A stretch of DNA of 64,000 bases from an uncultured delta proteobacterium (GTDB lineage Bacteria; Myxococcota_A; Polyangia; Polyangiales; Houyiibacteriaceae), in the NCBI GenBank assembly GCA_963768985.1, contig CAVYJZ010000009.1:74188-138187 (forward strand). The letters run 5' to 3'. This document shows positions 63,232-64,000 of the stretch, piece after piece. Each line of letters begins with the position of its first letter. The stretch's first letter is position 1. The notes under the pieces are model-generated. The model did no database searches. It was given only the letters and a program-made list of their open reading frames with translations, and was not told where the DNA came from. The translations under genes were made by a program, and so were the position numbers.

Positions 63232-64000
63232 TTAAAGCGCTTTGATTTCGCTGATGAGGCCTTGGACGACTTGTTTGGCGTCGCCAAAGATCATCATGGT
63301 GTTGGGGTATTCGAAGAGCTCGTTTTTGATGCCGGCGTAGCCGGGGCTCAGGCTTCTTTTGACGACGAACACCGAGCGGGCTTCGTGGGCATTGAGGATC
63401 GGCATCCCTGCAATGGGGCTCGTCGGGTCATTGGTGGCAGCGGGGTTCACGACGTCATTGGCACCGAGAACGATCACCACGTCGGTGTTTTTGAACTCCG
63501 GGTTGATCACGTCCATCTCGAGCAGCTCCTCGTAGGGGACGTCCGCTTCGGCCAGTAGGACGTTCATGTGACCTGGCATCCGGCCCGCGACTGGATGGAT
63601 GGCGTAGGTCACCTTGGTGCCACGGGCCTTCAGCAGGTCGGCGAGCTCTCGGACCGCATGCTGCGCCTGCGCGACGGCTAATCCATAACCAGGGACGATG
63701 ATCACCGACTCGGCGTTTTCGAGAAGCATCGCCGCCTCTTCGGGGCCGCACGAGGTCACGGTCGTATACTCGTCGTTGCCGCCACTACCGCTGCTGTCGG
63801 TGATGCCGAAGCCACCCACCAAGACGTTCAGGAGCGAGCGATTCATCGCGACGCACATGATTTGCGTGAGAATGAGGCCTGCGGCTCCAACCATCGCACC
63901 CGCAATGATCAATAGGGGATTCCCGATCACGAAACCGGCCATGGATGCTGCTACGCCGGAGTAGGAGTTGAGCAGGGACACCACGACGGGCATGTCTGCG
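63232..64000 (-). CDS. pntB: NAD(P) transhydrogenase subunit beta (5' end beyond the window)
   Basis: The C-terminal half matches PntB (PVVVSLLNSYSG..., PGYGLAVAQAQH, HPVAGRMPGHMNVLLAEA, ending ...ISEIKAL). The reading frame stays open to the window edge. Confidence 0.9.
   Translation of the reverse strand, partial: ADMPVVVSLLNSYSGVAASMAGFVIGNPLLIIAGAMVGAAGLILTQIMCVAMNRSLLNVLVGGFGITDSSGSGGNDEYTTVTSCGPEEAAMLLENAESVIIVPGYGLAVAQAQHAVRELADLLKARGTKVTYAIHPVAGRMPGHMNVLLAEADVPYEELLEMDVINPEFKNTDVVIVLGANDVVNPAATNDPTSPIAGMPILNAHEARSVFVVKRSLSPGYAGIKNELFEYPNTMMIFGDAKQVVQGLISEIKAL

Noticed and set aside
1-64000. The window might hold a mobile genetic element, prophage, defence island or biosynthetic gene cluster.
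   Set aside because: I recognised no integrase, transposase, recombinase, reverse transcriptase, restriction-modification, toxin-antitoxin, cas, PKS/NRPS or phage structural genes. The gene content and conserved core clusters (prs-rplY-pth, rpsF-rpsR-rplI-dnaB, cinA-recA) indicate core chromosome.

Overview
The window is GC-rich (third codon positions are mostly G/C) and densely coding. I call about 58 protein genes and found no rRNA, tRNA, CRISPR array, transposase, integrase or phage genes. Most of it is housekeeping: metY and a metX-metW fusion, an RRM protein plus DEAD-box helicase, an RND efflux pair, argS, secA, argJ, glmS, an M16 peptidase pair, cinA-recA-cdnL, hisIE, prs-rplY-pth, rpsF-rpsR-rplI-dnaB and pntB. 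Many adjacent genes overlap by 1-4 nt (ATGA or TGATG), which suggests operons with translational coupling. Gene content (a CdnL regulator), a Myxococcus-type LexA-box-like site upstream of recA, a sigma-54-type promoter motif and the GC content point to a Myxococcota-like organism; this is inference only. I do not see a complete, obviously novel multi-gene system such as a defence island or a RiPP cluster with a precursor. The best candidates for something undescribed are: (1) an orphan sigma-54-type promoter with an upstream inverted repeat, a strong hairpin, a CU-rich linker and an intrinsic terminator at 43.77-44.09 kb, which may be a ~190-nt sRNA gene; (2) a 500-bp non-coding GC-rich mosaic of near-identical inverted and direct repeats at 55.23-55.65 kb; (3) a radical SAM/SPASM enzyme translationally coupled to a 143-aa HExxH zincin-like protein, downstream of a methyltransferase and msrAB; (4) a receiver-like/PilZ-like/XRE-HTH protein coupled to a Nudix hydrolase, next to an HTH-pseudo-receiver protein. 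Smaller observations: an operator-like palindrome inside a near-consensus promoter for a P450 gene, a dnaB N-terminus encoded upstream of any canonical start codon, a terminator-like hairpin in the cdnL leader, and palindromes upstream of metY. Coordinates come from the supplied ORF track plus my own reading of the sequence. Start codons are the least certain part.
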